The notes beneath the pieces are model-generated. The model was not told where the DNA came from and did not search any database. It worked only from the letters and a program-made list of their open reading frames with translations. Shown one piece after another: positions 30,436 through 40,968 of a stretch of DNA of 64,000 nt; position 1 is the first letter of the stretch, and each line of letters begins with the position of its first letter. The position numbers and the translations under genes were made by a program. The stretch covers positions 32,001-96,000 of the forward strand of contig CAWGIE010000007.1 of the NCBI GenBank assembly GCA_963822585.1, given 5' to 3'. The DNA is from an uncultured bacterium (GTDB taxonomy: Bacteria > Auribacterota > Erginobacteria > Erginobacterales > Erginobacteraceae).

Positions 30436-31077
30436 TTAATTTTCATGGTTAACCCAGGTTAAACTGTAGGCCAGGCCTTCCAGGCCGATGGCCAGGTCGA
30501 TATTCTCCACCCGGACTTCTTCCGGCACGGCCAGCCCCATGGGGGCGAAATTAAGTATCGCTTTGACCCCCGCTTTCACCAGTTGCTCGGCGGCCTCCTG
30601 GCCGGCGACCGCCGGCACCGCGACGATCCCGATCCGGACTTTCTTCTCCCGGATCACCTCCATTAAATCGGAGGGATCGTTGATTGTCAGTTCGTCCGGA
30701 CCGATGCGGCTGCCGATGCCGGCCCGGTCGAAGACCGCGACGATCTTGAACCCTCTCTTCTCGAACCCCTTATACGCCAAAAGCGAGCGCCCCAGGTTGC
30801 CGGCCCCGACCAGGGCGACGTTATGGATTCGATCGGTCCCCAGAATCCGGATGATGGCCCGGACAAGTTCGCCCACGTCGTATCCCCGGCCCTTGGTGCC
30901 GAACTGGCCGAAGTAGGCCAGGTCCTTCCGCACCTGGTCGGGCTTGACGCCGACCAGCTGACCGATGGACGCGGAAGAGACGGTCGTGACATCCTCCGCC
31001 GTCAGGCCGTTCAAAGCCCGGAGATAGAGGGAGAGACGGTAGACGACGACCCGGGGTATTTTTCCATTTTTGGTCAA
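30436..31077 (-). CDS. rex: Redox-sensing transcriptional repressor Rex
   Basis: RLSLYLR..QVRKDLAYFGQFG.KG.GY; VGAGNLG; ILNFAP. Confidence 0.95.
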   Translation of the reverse strand: MTKNGKIPRVVVYRLSLYLRALNGLTAEDVTTVSSASIGQLVGVKPDQVRKDLAYFGQFGTKGRGYDVGELVRAIIRILGTDRIHNVALVGAGNLGRSLLAYKGFEKRGFKIVAVFDRAGIGSRIGPDELTINDPSDLMEVIREKKVRIGIVAVPAVAGQEAAEQLVKAGVKAILNFAPMGLAVPEEVRVENIDLAIGLEGLAYSLTWVNHEN

Positions 31078-31155
31078 TTAAATTTTTACTTCGTAAAAAT
31101 TTTTACATCCCCCGCCTTCGTCCTTTTCCCGGCGGAGATCGAGCTGAAAGGAGCG

Positions 31156-31208
31156 ACCATAAACCAATCCCGATCCTTCGTCAATAGTTATTGTGATTTT
31201 TTTCACAT
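31156..31208 (-). promoter_or_regulatory. rex operon promoter with Rex operator
   Basis: TTGACG-N17-TATGGT on minus strand; TTGTGATTTTTTTCACAT at 31191-31208 fits TTGTGA-N6-TCACAA; weaker site 31091-31108. Confidence 0.7.
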
Positions 31209-31378
31209 AAAAATTTTTCTTTAAGATTTGAGACTTTCATGAAGCGCCGGGACGGTCGACCGGCCGGCAATTTATCCGTTGATTCCGGAGATCTTTTCAT
31301 CTACTATCTATTCTGCCTGGAAATATCACTATTCGGCATTATTCAAAATTAATCGGATGCACCGAAAAGGAGTCCGCC

Positions 31379-32164
31379 ATGAAAAGAAATCTTCTGATCA
31401 TTCTCGCCGGTATCAGCGTTGTACTTTTATTCAGCGCCGGCTGCGCCCATCGGCGCCAGCCGGTCACACCTCCCCCGCCCCCCGAGGAACCGTTGGAGAT
31501 GGACGTGGTGGAGGAAGAAATAATCGTCCCTGCTGAAGGCGTGGAAACCGGAGAAGGCGAGATTGTCCCGGTAACCGAGGAAGCCCCCGCCCCCCTTCCC
31601 GCGAACCTGTCCTGGGAAGATATCAAGCAGCTGGGGACCCCCTACACCATCCAGAAGGGGGACACCCTGAGCGGGATCGCCGCCGCGCACAATGTCGGCA
31701 CGGGCCTCCTGGCCCGGATCAACGATATCAAGAATCCGAACCTGATTCGGATCGGCCAGACACTGACCGTGATCGACGGACCGTTCCGGATCGTCGTGGA
31801 TAAGAGCGACAAAACCCTCGCCGTCTACCTGGGCGACGCCTTTATCCGATCCTACCCCGTGGCTCTGGGGAAGAATAACAGCACCCCGGAGGGGGAATTC
31901 ACGGTCCTGAGAAAACTGGTCGATCCTCCCTGGACCGATCCCTACAACCGGACGATTATCCGGGCCGATAACCCCGAGTACCCGCTGGGGACGCGCTGGA
32001 TCGAGTTCATCCCGCCCCCGGGAGCGTACGGCATCCACGGCTCGAAGGTCGCGGAGGAGATCGGGACCGAGGCTTCCTTCGGCTGCGTCCGGGTCCTTCA
32101 TCCCCAGGAAGAAGAGATCTACGACTTCGTAGTCCTCGGCTCCCCGATCGTGATCACGCCCTGA
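31379..32164 (+). CDS. LysM-domain L,D-transpeptidase lipoprotein
   Basis: Lipobox SAGC; LysM YTIQKGDTLSGIA; YGIHG..SFGCVR. Confidence 0.9.
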   Translation: MKRNLLIILAGISVVLLFSAGCAHRRQPVTPPPPPEEPLEMDVVEEEIIVPAEGVETGEGEIVPVTEEAPAPLPANLSWEDIKQLGTPYTIQKGDTLSGIAAAHNVGTGLLARINDIKNPNLIRIGQTLTVIDGPFRIVVDKSDKTLAVYLGDAFIRSYPVALGKNNSTPEGEFTVLRKLVDPPWTDPYNRTIIRADNPEYPLGTRWIEFIPPPGAYGIHGSKVAEEIGTEASFGCVRVLHPQEEEIYDFVVLGSPIVITP

Positions 32165-32177
32165 CACAACTTATTAA

Positions 32178-32258
32178 AACCACGAAGGACACGAAGTTCA
32201 CGAAGGGCAAGTTTACTTTATCCGGTAAATCTTCGTGAACTTCGTGTCCTTCGTGGTG
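32178..32258. repeat. Inverted 9-mer arms
   Basis: ACCACGAAGGACACGAAGTTCACGAAG ... CTTCGTGAACTTCGTGTCCTTCGTGGT, perfect inverted pair. Confidence 0.88.
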
Positions 32259-32454
32259 AATTACCACATTGATTCCGGCCGGTACTGGCGCAGGGCTTCC
32301 GGCGATACTCGTAATGCAGGGCTTCAGCCCTGACTGATACGAGCGGCCCGGAAGTTCCGCACTGCATAATTGTTTCGAAGATGCCCATTGCGATAGGAAT
32401 GCTCTTTCCGGCCCGACTCCATTTATCAACGCCCGATTTTCCCGCTGCTCTCCC

Positions 32455-34278
32455 ATGATAACGGCACGGAATATAACCAAGCATTTCGGCGCCCAGGTCC
32501 TTTTCGAGAACGCATCCTTCTCTCTCGGACCCGGCGAGCGTTTCGGTCTGGTGGGACGCAACGGCTCGGGTAAGACCACCCTCTTCATGATGATCACGGG
32601 AGAAGAGTCCTGCGATACCGGAGAGATCGTCGCCCCGAAAGAATACCGGATCGGTCATCTGGACCAGACACTTCACTGGCAGGAGTCGACAATCCTGGAG
32701 GAAGGCTGCCGGGGCCTCTCCCCGGAGGAGAAAGATGACACCTGGAAGGTGAAAAAGATCCTCTCCGGCCTCGGTTTTTCCGAAGACGACTTCACCAGAT
32801 CCCCGGCTGAGTTTTCCGGGGGATACCAGATGAGAATCGCTCTCGCCCGGCTCCTGGTTTCCGGACCCGATCTCCTCCTGCTTGACGAGCCGACCAATTT
32901 CCTCGACATCCTCTCCATCCGCTGGCTGACCGACTTTCTCCGTTCCTGGCCGGGCGAACTGATGATCGTCAGCCACGACCGGGCTTTCATGGATAACATC
33001 ATCACTCACACCATGGGGATCCACCGACAGGCAATCCGGATCATCGGCGGTTCCACGGAACGGTATTACCGGCAGATCCTGGCCGAGGAAGACGTACACG
33101 AACGGCGGCGGATCAACGACGAGAAGATCCGGAAAAAAGAAGAGGCGTTCATCAACCGGTTCCGAGCCAAAGCGCGCCGGGCCAGCCAGGTCCAGTCCCG
33201 GATAAAACGGCTGGAAAAAAGGGGACTGACCGACCGGCTGACATCCCTCGAGAACCTGGACTTCTCCTTCAACTATTCCCCCTGCCCCGGGAAAATCGTC
33301 CTGGCCGCCGACAGGATTTCCTTCAGCTATTCCGGCCGTCCTCCCTACCTGATCGATTCTTTCTCTTTCACCCTGGAAGCGGCCGACAAGATCGGCATTA
33401 TCGGACAGAACGGGAGCGGGAAAACGACCCTCTTGAGACTGCTGGCGGGGAAACTGACGCCGCTGGCCGGGGAGACCAAGAGGCACCCCCGGGCGGAGAC
33501 CGCCTGTTTCGACCCGGCCGCGGCCGGAGAACTGCACCCCGAACGTACCATCGAAGAGGAAATCCTCTCATCGCTTTCCGTGGGAGACCGGGGCCGGGCG
33601 CGCTCGATCTGCGGGGCGATGCTCTTCTCCCAGGACACCGCGCTGAAAAGAATCGCGGTTCTCTCCGGGGGAGAAAAATGCCGGGTCATGCTGGGTAAAG
33701 TCATCGGCGCCCCGGCCAACCTGCTCATGCTCGACGAACCGACCCATCACCTCGACATGGAGTCCTGCCGGGCCATGATCCTGGCCCTGAAGAGATTTGA
33801 AGGGGCCGCCGTCATCGTCTCCCATGATGAATATCTCCTGCGGGAGGTGGCGACGAAGCTGATCGTGCTCCAGGGAGGGGAGGTCCGGCTCTTTCTGGGA
33901 ACCTACGATGAATTCCTGGAACAGATCGGCTGGACGTCGGAAGAATCGCGAAAAAAAGACGAGCGGGCCGATAAGACGGTTACCAAGAAGGACCGGCGGA
34001 AGGCGAAGGCCGAACAAAGAAACCTCTATAACAAAACGGTCGGGCCGCTGAAGCGGGAGTCCGAACGATTGGAAAAACAGATCGCGGAGTTGGAAGCCGG
34101 GCACGCCCGGGCCATCCGGGAACTGATCGCCGCTTCGGAGAAACAGATCGTCCCGGAGATCAGGGACCGGGGGCGGGACCTGGCGGAATTGGAAGAAACG
34201 ATCAAGCAGTCGTACGACGATTACTGCCGGGTGCACGACGAATACGAAAAGAGGCTGTCCGAGATGGACGCGGACTGA
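32455..34278 (+). CDS. ABC-F family ATPase
   Basis: Two Walker A motifs (GRNGSGKT, GQNGSGKT), FSGG/LSGG, DEPT; no TM; C-terminal coiled coil. Confidence 0.92.
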   Translation: MITARNITKHFGAQVLFENASFSLGPGERFGLVGRNGSGKTTLFMMITGEESCDTGEIVAPKEYRIGHLDQTLHWQESTILEEGCRGLSPEEKDDTWKVKKILSGLGFSEDDFTRSPAEFSGGYQMRIALARLLVSGPDLLLLDEPTNFLDILSIRWLTDFLRSWPGELMIVSHDRAFMDNIITHTMGIHRQAIRIIGGSTERYYRQILAEEDVHERRRINDEKIRKKEEAFINRFRAKARRASQVQSRIKRLEKRGLTDRLTSLENLDFSFNYSPCPGKIVLAADRISFSYSGRPPYLIDSFSFTLEAADKIGIIGQNGSGKTTLLRLLAGKLTPLAGETKRHPRAETACFDPAAAGELHPERTIEEEILSSLSVGDRGRARSICGAMLFSQDTALKRIAVLSGGEKCRVMLGKVIGAPANLLMLDEPTHHLDMESCRAMILALKRFEGAAVIVSHDEYLLREVATKLIVLQGGEVRLFLGTYDEFLEQIGWTSEESRKKDERADKTVTKKDRRKAKAEQRNLYNKTVGPLKRESERLEKQIAELEAGHARAIRELIAASEKQIVPEIRDRGRDLAELEETIKQSYDDYCRVHDEYEKRLSEMDAD

Positions 34279-34344
34279 CCGTCATCCGGCATTGCTCGTC
34301 CCTTTTCTCGCGGGCGGCTCCCCTGCCTCCGGCAACTCCGGATA

Positions 34345-34599
34345 TTACTCCGTGGGTGTCGGATCCTGCTTCTTTTTAAATATGTCGTTAACCAGCTTGT
34401 TCCTGCTTTCGATCGCCTTGTTCTCCTTCTGCTGAACCGCGCCGGCTTGATGTATGATCTCCATCCGCTCCGAGAGGGATTCGCGGGCCGGCTGTTCTTT
34501 CTTCTCCGGTTCCCGCAGCTGCTCTTTCTTCTCCGGTTCCCGGGAGCAGCCGGAGCACAGCAGAACACAACAGACAATGAAGAGTATCGCGTTTTTCAT
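34345..34599 (-). CDS. Small hypothetical lipoprotein
   Basis: Signal peptide ending CSGC; duplicated REPEKKEQ. Confidence 0.55.
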   Translation of the reverse strand: MKNAILFIVCCVLLCSGCSREPEKKEQLREPEKKEQPARESLSERMEIIHQAGAVQQKENKAIESRNKLVNDIFKKKQDPTPTE

Positions 34600-34667
34600 A
34601 TATACGTCTCCGGGTTATTGGTAATAGTGATAAGATTCCCGCGACCATTTTCGTCAAGCTTCAGGAT

Positions 34668-35129
34668 TTAGGTGGTTGGATATCGCAACACTCTCTCGAT
34701 CGGCGGCCGTTCTTTTGAAAGTTGAAGAATAAAAAACCGCAGAGGTTCCGGAAGGCGGCGGTATTGCCACTCCCGTTCGCCGGGCACGCCGGCGGCTTCG
34801 GCGGCTTTGACGCCATACCAGGCGGCGCCGATAGCGTGGCTGGGAACATGCGCGGTCGCCACCGCCTGACCGGCCGCGCGAGCGGCAAAACGCGCGGCGC
34901 TATCCTCTTCCGCTTCACGGGCGGCGGCATGCGCCGCCAGCGAATCTCTTCGTACGTCGGCCATCCTGAAGATACCGGTACGTACCCACATCCGACAGGC
35001 GTCAACGGCTTTTCGAGGACGATCGTCTTCCGGAAATCTTTCCTCGAAATATGAAAGCACATGCTCGGCGCAGTCAGCAGCCCACAATGCCAGTGCTTTC
35101 TGATCATGTTTACTGATTTTATGATTCAT
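34668..35129 (-). CDS. Imm5-like putative immunity protein
   Basis: LALWAADCAEHVL..DDRPR.A..AARAAGQAVATAHV..HA. Confidence 0.8.
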   Translation of the reverse strand: MNHKISKHDQKALALWAADCAEHVLSYFEERFPEDDRPRKAVDACRMWVRTGIFRMADVRRDSLAAHAAAREAEEDSAARFAARAAGQAVATAHVPSHAIGAAWYGVKAAEAAGVPGEREWQYRRLPEPLRFFILQLSKERPPIERVLRYPTT

Positions 35130-35217
35130 ATCCAAAAGGCCCCCGGCTGGGTCTCACCGGCCATTGACGGCCGCGGCTTCGCTGCTGTCAGTGGCAGGGT
35201 GCCGGCCTTTGTTCCGC
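35129..35217 (-). other. Degenerate attC site between relic cassettes
   Basis: Minus strand GCGGAAC..GCCACTGAC..GTCAATGGC..TTTGGAT; matches gene-start core GTTCGGC near 35657-35663. Confidence 0.55.
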
Positions 35218-35645
35218 GGCACTCTTTCCCATTGTCGAATTCCTCCCGGAACAATCTCGAAGAGAGGGTGGCATTGTGGGTCCGATATGTGACGTAAAGA
35301 AGCGAAATGCATCGGACTCCTCGTCTTCATCTTTGCCAGGAGACGTGACCATTCGTATAGTAGTTGTCCCCGTGTTTCGGGTATGAGCTTGTGCATTCTT
35401 CGTTTCTGGATTCTGTCAAAGTCAAAGCTGTAGCCACGTTGGCCCGATTCTTTAAATACGAACTCCAGGTATGTCGCAATGGCGGCGACTGGTGAACGCT
35501 GGGCGCGAAAACGGTCAAGCTGCGGGTGGTGCGTGTACCCCTTCGTTCTCCCCAGCAGCACGGCCTGGGCAAGGAGTCCCTCCCGCCAGAGGGCGACGAT
35601 GCCCTGTCTGTCCAAGTAACGAGGATGTACAGTCCAGAGTCTCAT
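35154..35645 (-). CDS. Pyrimidine dimer DNA glycosylase/endonuclease V family
   Basis: MRLWTVHPRYLDRQGIVALWREGLLAQAVL.G.TKGY.HHPQLDRF. Confidence 0.88.
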   Translation of the reverse strand: MRLWTVHPRYLDRQGIVALWREGLLAQAVLLGRTKGYTHHPQLDRFRAQRSPVAAIATYLEFVFKESGQRGYSFDFDRIQKRRMHKLIPETRGQLLYEWSRLLAKMKTRSPMHFASLRHISDPQCHPLFEIVPGGIRQWERVPRNKGRHPATDSSEAAAVNGR

Positions 35646-35844
35646 TTCTTTTGTCCGCCGAACGGTATATTTTCGCTTAATAAAAAAGTTTATCCGAATA
35701 ACCCTTTGATGGCAAAAGAAATTGGAAATGGGAAGGAGCGCCTGGCGGATATAAACCGCCCGGTTATTTTTGAGGATAGCCGGGAACAGATATATCCATG
35801 GTCTGAAGCCGCGGGGGGCGGTCAGGGGGGGGTGCAGGAAGGGG

Positions 35845-36651
35845 TTATTGAGGTTGGTAATAGGAGAGAGCTTCCGGCATCATGTCCCGGATTTCGCGGA
35901 TGCGGTTCTCGGTGGCGGGGTGGGTGGAGAGGAACTCGATCGGCATGCTCTCGCCCTCGGCCATCATCCGTTCCCAGAAGGGGATCGCCTCCCTCGGGTC
36001 GTACCCGGCCTGGGCGGTCAGGATGAGGCCGATCCGGTCCGCCTCGTATTCCTGGGTCCGGCTGTAGGGGAGAAGGATGCCGACCTGCGAACCGAGACCA
36101 TAAGCCGTCATCCAGAGCGCCTGCGTCGTCTCCGGCTCGTCCCGCAAAGCCTCGGAGAGCCCCACCGCTCCCAGCTGATAAAGAAGCAGCTGGCTCACCC
36201 GCTCCCGGCCGTGGCCGGCCAGGGCATGGGCGACCTCATGCCCCATCACTACCGCCAGGCCGGTATCGTCGCTGGTTACGGGCAAAATTCCCGTATAGAC
36301 CGTGATCTTCCCCCCCGGCATGCACCAGGCGTTGACGGTCTTATCATCCTCGATCAAGGTGAACTCCCAGTCATAGTTGCTTATCTCGCCGGCATACCCC
36401 TGCTCCCGCATGAAGTCTTCCGCCGCGGCCGCGATTCGCCGGCCGACCCGTTCGACGGTAGCGACGGCTTCGCGGTCCCGGGACGGCTTTGATTCCGAAA
36501 GTACCTGCTGATAGGAGTTTCGGCTCATCTCCATGATCTGGCTGTCCGGCACCAGCGAGAGCTGAGAGCGGCCGGTGTAAGGGACCGTCGAACAACCAGT
36601 AAGCCCAATAAACAAAAGCGGAAAGATAAAGATATATTGCCGTTTTTTCAT
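35845..36651 (-). CDS. M48 family metallopeptidase lipoprotein
   Basis: LTGC lipobox; NAWCMPGG; HEVAH; QEYEAD; FLSTHP. Confidence 0.92.
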   Translation of the reverse strand: MKKRQYIFIFPLLFIGLTGCSTVPYTGRSQLSLVPDSQIMEMSRNSYQQVLSESKPSRDREAVATVERVGRRIAAAAEDFMREQGYAGEISNYDWEFTLIEDDKTVNAWCMPGGKITVYTGILPVTSDDTGLAVVMGHEVAHALAGHGRERVSQLLLYQLGAVGLSEALRDEPETTQALWMTAYGLGSQVGILLPYSRTQEYEADRIGLILTAQAGYDPREAIPFWERMMAEGESMPIEFLSTHPATENRIREIRDMMPEALSYYQPQ

Positions 36652-36667
36652 CGTCAGTCTGTTGTAT

Positions 36668-36848
36668 TTCGAAAATCACTAATCTCAAGCACCAAATAAC
36701 AAACAAATTACAAATACCAATAACGAAATTCCAAACTATCACTCCCGTGGTGATCTTTCCAGACAACGGATACTAAATTTTGTTTAGGATTTTTGAATTT
36801 CGGTCATTGGTGCTTATTTGGGACTTGGAATTTGTTATTTGTAATTTC
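36668..36848. repeat. Inverted degenerate heptamer arms (CAAATwm family)
   Basis: Left arm AAGCACCAAATAACAAACAAATTACAAATACCAA, right arm TTGGTGCTTATTTGGGACTTGGAATTTGTTATTTG; related single arm 26114-26180. Confidence 0.7.
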
Positions 36849-36917
36849 CTGCCTTTGTCCGGTTAGTCAATAGACGAAGCACGCGAAAATATATTCAACC
36901 AACAGTTATGACGGGAA

Positions 36918-38360
36918 CTATTCTAAAGGCAGGAGGCGGGTGCTGATCTGGTGGACGCGGCGGGAGAAGAGGGTGAGGAGGACGATCTTGATATCCATCA
37001 GCAGCGACCAGTTCTCCAGGTAGTACATGTCATACTTGACCCGCATCTTGATCGAGGTGTCACCCCGGAGGCCGTTCACCTGGGCCCAGCCGGTAAGCCC
37101 GGACTTGACCAGGTGGCGGGACATGTAGCGGGGGATATACTCCTTGAACTGCTCCACGAAGACCGGCCGCTCCGGGCGAGGACCGACCAGGCTCATGTCC
37201 CCCCTGATCACGTTCCAGAGTTGGGGGAGTTCATCCAGGCTCAGCCGGCGGAGAAACCGGCCCAGGGGGGTAGCCCGGGGATCGTCTCTCCGGGGTAGAA
37301 CCGGCCCACTCTCTTTCTCGGCGTCGGCCGGCATCGTCCGCAGCTTGTAGAGAAGAAATGCTTCCCCGTTCTCCCCCATCCTCTCCTGCCGGAAGAGCAC
37401 CGGCCCTTTCGAGGAAAGCTTGATCGCCAGGGCGCAGACCAGGAGAATGGGAAAGGTGACGGCCATCCCCAGGGAGGCGCCGATCAGGTCGAACGTTCTC
37501 TTCACGAAGCGGTTCCAGGCCGAATGCAGCGGGAGCGCCCTCAGGCCGACCAGGGGAACGCCGTCCAGGTTCACCACCTCCACCTTGCTGGTCATGATGG
37601 AGAAAACGTCCGGGACCAGTTTCACGCTGAGCAGGTTCTTTTCGCAGAGGAGGATGATCTCCATGATCCGGGAGTGGGGTAGGTCGAGGCGGGTGATGAT
37701 GACCTCGTCAATCGGATGTTCCCGGATGACGTCTTCGAACTGCTCGACCGTCCCCAGGACAGGCAATCCGTTCCAGTCCTCGGCGAATGAAGCATCGTCG
37801 AAGCGCAAAACACCGACCACCTCGGCCCCCCAGCGGGGATTATCGGCAAAATTCTTGAGGACGCGGCGGGCCATCTCTCCCGCGCCCAGAAGAAGGATCG
37901 AGCGGAATTTCCGGTTCCGCTTCCAGATGCCGAGTTCCAGCTTGTCGATCACCCGCCGGGAAAACGTGACCAGGACGATGCTGAAGAGCCATCCCCAGGC
38001 CAGCAGCCTCCGGGAATAGGTAAAATCCTCCCGGTAAAGAAAGGTCAACGCCATCAGGCTGAAGAGGGCCACGGTAACGGCCTTGGTAATGGTGAAAAAA
38101 TGCCAGGATGAAGAAAAGTAGGTCTTCCGGCGATAGAGATGGAAGGCCTTGAAGACGATGAAAAACACCACCAGTGTCGCCGGGAAGGCTTTCAGGTACT
38201 CGGCCAGAGGGGGTACCCCCTTTGTCGGGGGGAAGATCCAGGTCAACGGGGAAAGAAAGCTGACCCAGAAGGCGAGAAGCATGCTCACGAAAAGAGTCAA
38301 TCCGTCCGTGACCAGGGAGATCAGGGTAAAGATAACGGTATGGCGCCGGATCTGCGACAT
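36918..38360 (-). CDS. Undecaprenyl-phosphate sugar phosphotransferase (WcaJ-like)
   Basis: KRTFD, FRQERMG, SLDELPQLWNVIRGDMSLVGPRPER, GLTGWAQVNG. Confidence 0.92.
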   Translation of the reverse strand: MSQIRRHTVIFTLISLVTDGLTLFVSMLLAFWVSFLSPLTWIFPPTKGVPPLAEYLKAFPATLVVFFIVFKAFHLYRRKTYFSSSWHFFTITKAVTVALFSLMALTFLYREDFTYSRRLLAWGWLFSIVLVTFSRRVIDKLELGIWKRNRKFRSILLLGAGEMARRVLKNFADNPRWGAEVVGVLRFDDASFAEDWNGLPVLGTVEQFEDVIREHPIDEVIITRLDLPHSRIMEIILLCEKNLLSVKLVPDVFSIMTSKVEVVNLDGVPLVGLRALPLHSAWNRFVKRTFDLIGASLGMAVTFPILLVCALAIKLSSKGPVLFRQERMGENGEAFLLYKLRTMPADAEKESGPVLPRRDDPRATPLGRFLRRLSLDELPQLWNVIRGDMSLVGPRPERPVFVEQFKEYIPRYMSRHLVKSGLTGWAQVNGLRGDTSIKMRVKYDMYYLENWSLLMDIKIVLLTLFSRRVHQISTRLLPLE

Positions 38361-38501
38361 ATTTTTTTGCTCCGCAAAATAATAGTAACTATTTAACTGA
38401 AGTGATACCAGGATGGCAAAGTGATACAAAAGTCTTATTTATACAACGCCGGCATTTACTTCCCGGAAAGGCACTGTACTACAGTCGGGAATATATACCT
38501 C

Positions 38502-39638
38502 TTATTTTTTCTGCCTCCCCGAAGTTTTAACCGGGGAAGAAAAAATAACATCAATTTTTCGTTTAAATTCATTCTTGAACCTCTCCCGCCCGAAACGGAG
38601 GGCATGGGAGCGGATGGATTGGCTTGTAAATGCGGCTTCATTCTCCAGAAAAAGATTCACCGCCCTTGAGAGTGCCTCCTCGGTCTGCTCCGTGAAAAAT
38701 ATCCCGGTCGGCGCTTCTCCGTCACCGCCCGGCCACGGTACGGCGGTCTCCAGCAGACCCCCCTCGCCGAAGCCGATCACGGGCCGGCCGCAGGCCTGCG
38801 CCTCCAGGGGAACGATCCCGAAATCTTCCAGGCCGGGGAAGATAAGCGCCCGGCAATTCCGGTAACACTCCCGCAGGTCTTCATCGCTCAGCCAGCCCGT
38901 AAACTCGATGTTCGGCCCGGCGAGGCTTCGCAACTTCACTTCCTGGGGGCCGCTCCCGACGATCTTGAGCGGGAGCCCCAGGCGATTGAAAACGGCGATC
39001 GCCAGCTCCACCTTTTTATAGGGGACCAGGGCCGAGACGATCAAAAAAAAGTCCCCGGCACCCGATCCCGGATGAAAATAATCGGTATCCACCGGCGGAT
39101 AGATGATTTCAGCCTCCCTATTGTAGATACGGCGTATCCGCCCGGCAACATTTTTCGAGATGGCAAGGAAGCGGTGAACACGGGCCGAGGTGCGAACATC
39201 CCACCGGCGCAGGTAGGAGAAGAGCGGCCCGAGAAAGATTTTTTTCAGAATTCCGGCGCCGAAATAGTCCTCGTACAGGAACCAGACATACCTCATCGGG
39301 GTGAAGCAGTAGCAAACATTGACCGCGCCTACGGGCGCCCGGCACCCTTTGGCGACCGCGTGGCTGGTGCTGATGACGTGGTCGAACCCGGTCAGGTCGA
39401 ACCTCTCGATCGCCATTGGAAAGAGGGGCAGGTAGTTCCGGTAATACCGGCGCGCCAGCGGGAGGTTCTGGATAAAGGAGGTGTGGATCTTCATCCCCCG
39501 GATCCGGGGAGAGACCTTCTCCGGTTCGAGCAGAAGGGTAAAGATCTCGGCATCGGGATAGAGTTCGCAAAGCGCCTCCAGTACCCGTTCCCCTCCCCGC
39601 ATCCCGTTCAGCCAGTCGTGAACAAGAGCTACTTTCAT
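38502..39638 (-). CDS. Glycosyltransferase family 4
   Basis: MKVALVHDWL..GGERV; EDFGIVPLEAQACG. Confidence 0.92.
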   Translation of the reverse strand: MKVALVHDWLNGMRGGERVLEALCELYPDAEIFTLLLEPEKVSPRIRGMKIHTSFIQNLPLARRYYRNYLPLFPMAIERFDLTGFDHVISTSHAVAKGCRAPVGAVNVCYCFTPMRYVWFLYEDYFGAGILKKIFLGPLFSYLRRWDVRTSARVHRFLAISKNVAGRIRRIYNREAEIIYPPVDTDYFHPGSGAGDFFLIVSALVPYKKVELAIAVFNRLGLPLKIVGSGPQEVKLRSLAGPNIEFTGWLSDEDLRECYRNCRALIFPGLEDFGIVPLEAQACGRPVIGFGEGGLLETAVPWPGGDGEAPTGIFFTEQTEEALSRAVNLFLENEAAFTSQSIRSHALRFGRERFKNEFKRKIDVIFSSPVKTSGRQKK

Positions 39639-39690
39639 GGAATGTAATGTTCGCTTGCCCGCAGGATAGTTTGAAAACCATATCCGTTGC

Positions 39691-39778
39691 GGACTGGAGT
39701 GATGGAGTACTGGAGTGCTGGAATGATGGAGGCCGGGCAATCCCAGTACTCCATTACTCCACCACTCCATTACTCCAT
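39691..39778. repeat. Inverted octamer arms (TGGAGTnn)n / (nnACTCCA)n
   Basis: Same family at 1201-1268, 10793-10853, 41026-41122. Confidence 0.85.
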
Positions 39779-39819
39779 GTTGATTTATCTTATTATCTTG
39801 CCCCTCCCTGTTATGCCGA

Positions 39820-40968
39820 CTAAGCCATCAGACTCTCATACACCCCCCTCGTTTCCCGGGCGGTCTTCTCCCAGGAGAAGTCCCGGGACCGGGCCAGGCC
39901 TTTCTCGCGCAGTTCCTTCCGGAGCGGGGCCGAATCCCAGAGTTTCGTAATCGCCCCGGCAATCTCCTCTTCCCTTTCCGGATTGACGAGAAGGGCGGCC
40001 GTGCCGACAATCTCCGGGAGGCTGCCCCGGTCGGAGGTGATGACCGGGGTCCCGCAGGCCATCGCCTCCAGGGGGGGCAGGCCGAACCCCTCGTAGAATG
40101 AAGGGAGAATCAGGACCCGGGCCCCGTTATATAGGCGGATCAGTTCTTCCTCGTCGATACCATCCAGGAAAACCACCCGGGAATCGAGACCGAGAGACGC
40201 AACCGTTTCCACCGCTTCCGGGTAGCGGGGATCGGGGTGGCCGGCCAGCACCAGGCGGGGATCATCAGTCCTTCCCCGGCGGAAGGCGGCAAAGGCCCTG
40301 ATCAGCCCGGGAACGTTCTTGTAGGGATCGAACCTACCCACGTAAAGAAGGAAGGGGTTCGGAAAACCAAGCCTTTCCCCGCAGAAGCGCTTGACACCGT
40401 CTTCCGGAAGGGGTCGGTATTTCTCGTCGATCCCGTTATAGACAACCGCTATTTTTTCCGGCGCCACTCCCAGATCGGCGATCAGGTCATCCCGGGTATG
40501 CCCGGAGACGGTGATGATCCTGTTCGAGCGGCGGGCACAACGGGCGAGCACGAGACGAAACACCCGGTTGAAACGGGTCTTTTTCGCCCGGGGGGTAAAG
40601 TGCGGAAATTTGAGCGGGATCAGATCGTGGATGGTCGAGACGGCCCTGATCCCCCTGATGAAAAGGGGCAGAAAATAATTCGTGGAGTGGAATACGTCCA
40701 GCCCCATCTTCCGGATCAGGGAAGGCAGCCTTACCTGGCCGGCTGGGGAAAAGATCCCCCAGGGTACCGGTACCGGCCGCAGGTTGGGGTATCCTTCCCA
40801 GCGCCGGGCGTACCGTTCCATCACTTCCTGATCGCTGAAGAAGAGGAAGTAGCGATTCAGCCGGTCGATCTCTCCCAGGTGATGGATCAATTTTTCGGTG
40901 ACCCGGCCGACGCCGGAGATTTGCGGAAAAATCCAGCGGGCATCAATGCCGATGCGGAGCGAATTCAT
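39820..40968 (-). CDS. Glycosyltransferase family 4
   Basis: RIGIDAR; YEGFGLPPLEAMACG. Confidence 0.92.
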   Translation of the reverse strand: MNSLRIGIDARWIFPQISGVGRVTEKLIHHLGEIDRLNRYFLFFSDQEVMERYARRWEGYPNLRPVPVPWGIFSPAGQVRLPSLIRKMGLDVFHSTNYFLPLFIRGIRAVSTIHDLIPLKFPHFTPRAKKTRFNRVFRLVLARCARRSNRIITVSGHTRDDLIADLGVAPEKIAVVYNGIDEKYRPLPEDGVKRFCGERLGFPNPFLLYVGRFDPYKNVPGLIRAFAAFRRGRTDDPRLVLAGHPDPRYPEAVETVASLGLDSRVVFLDGIDEEELIRLYNGARVLILPSFYEGFGLPPLEAMACGTPVITSDRGSLPEIVGTAALLVNPEREEEIAGAITKLWDSAPLRKELREKGLARSRDFSWEKTARETRGVYESLMA

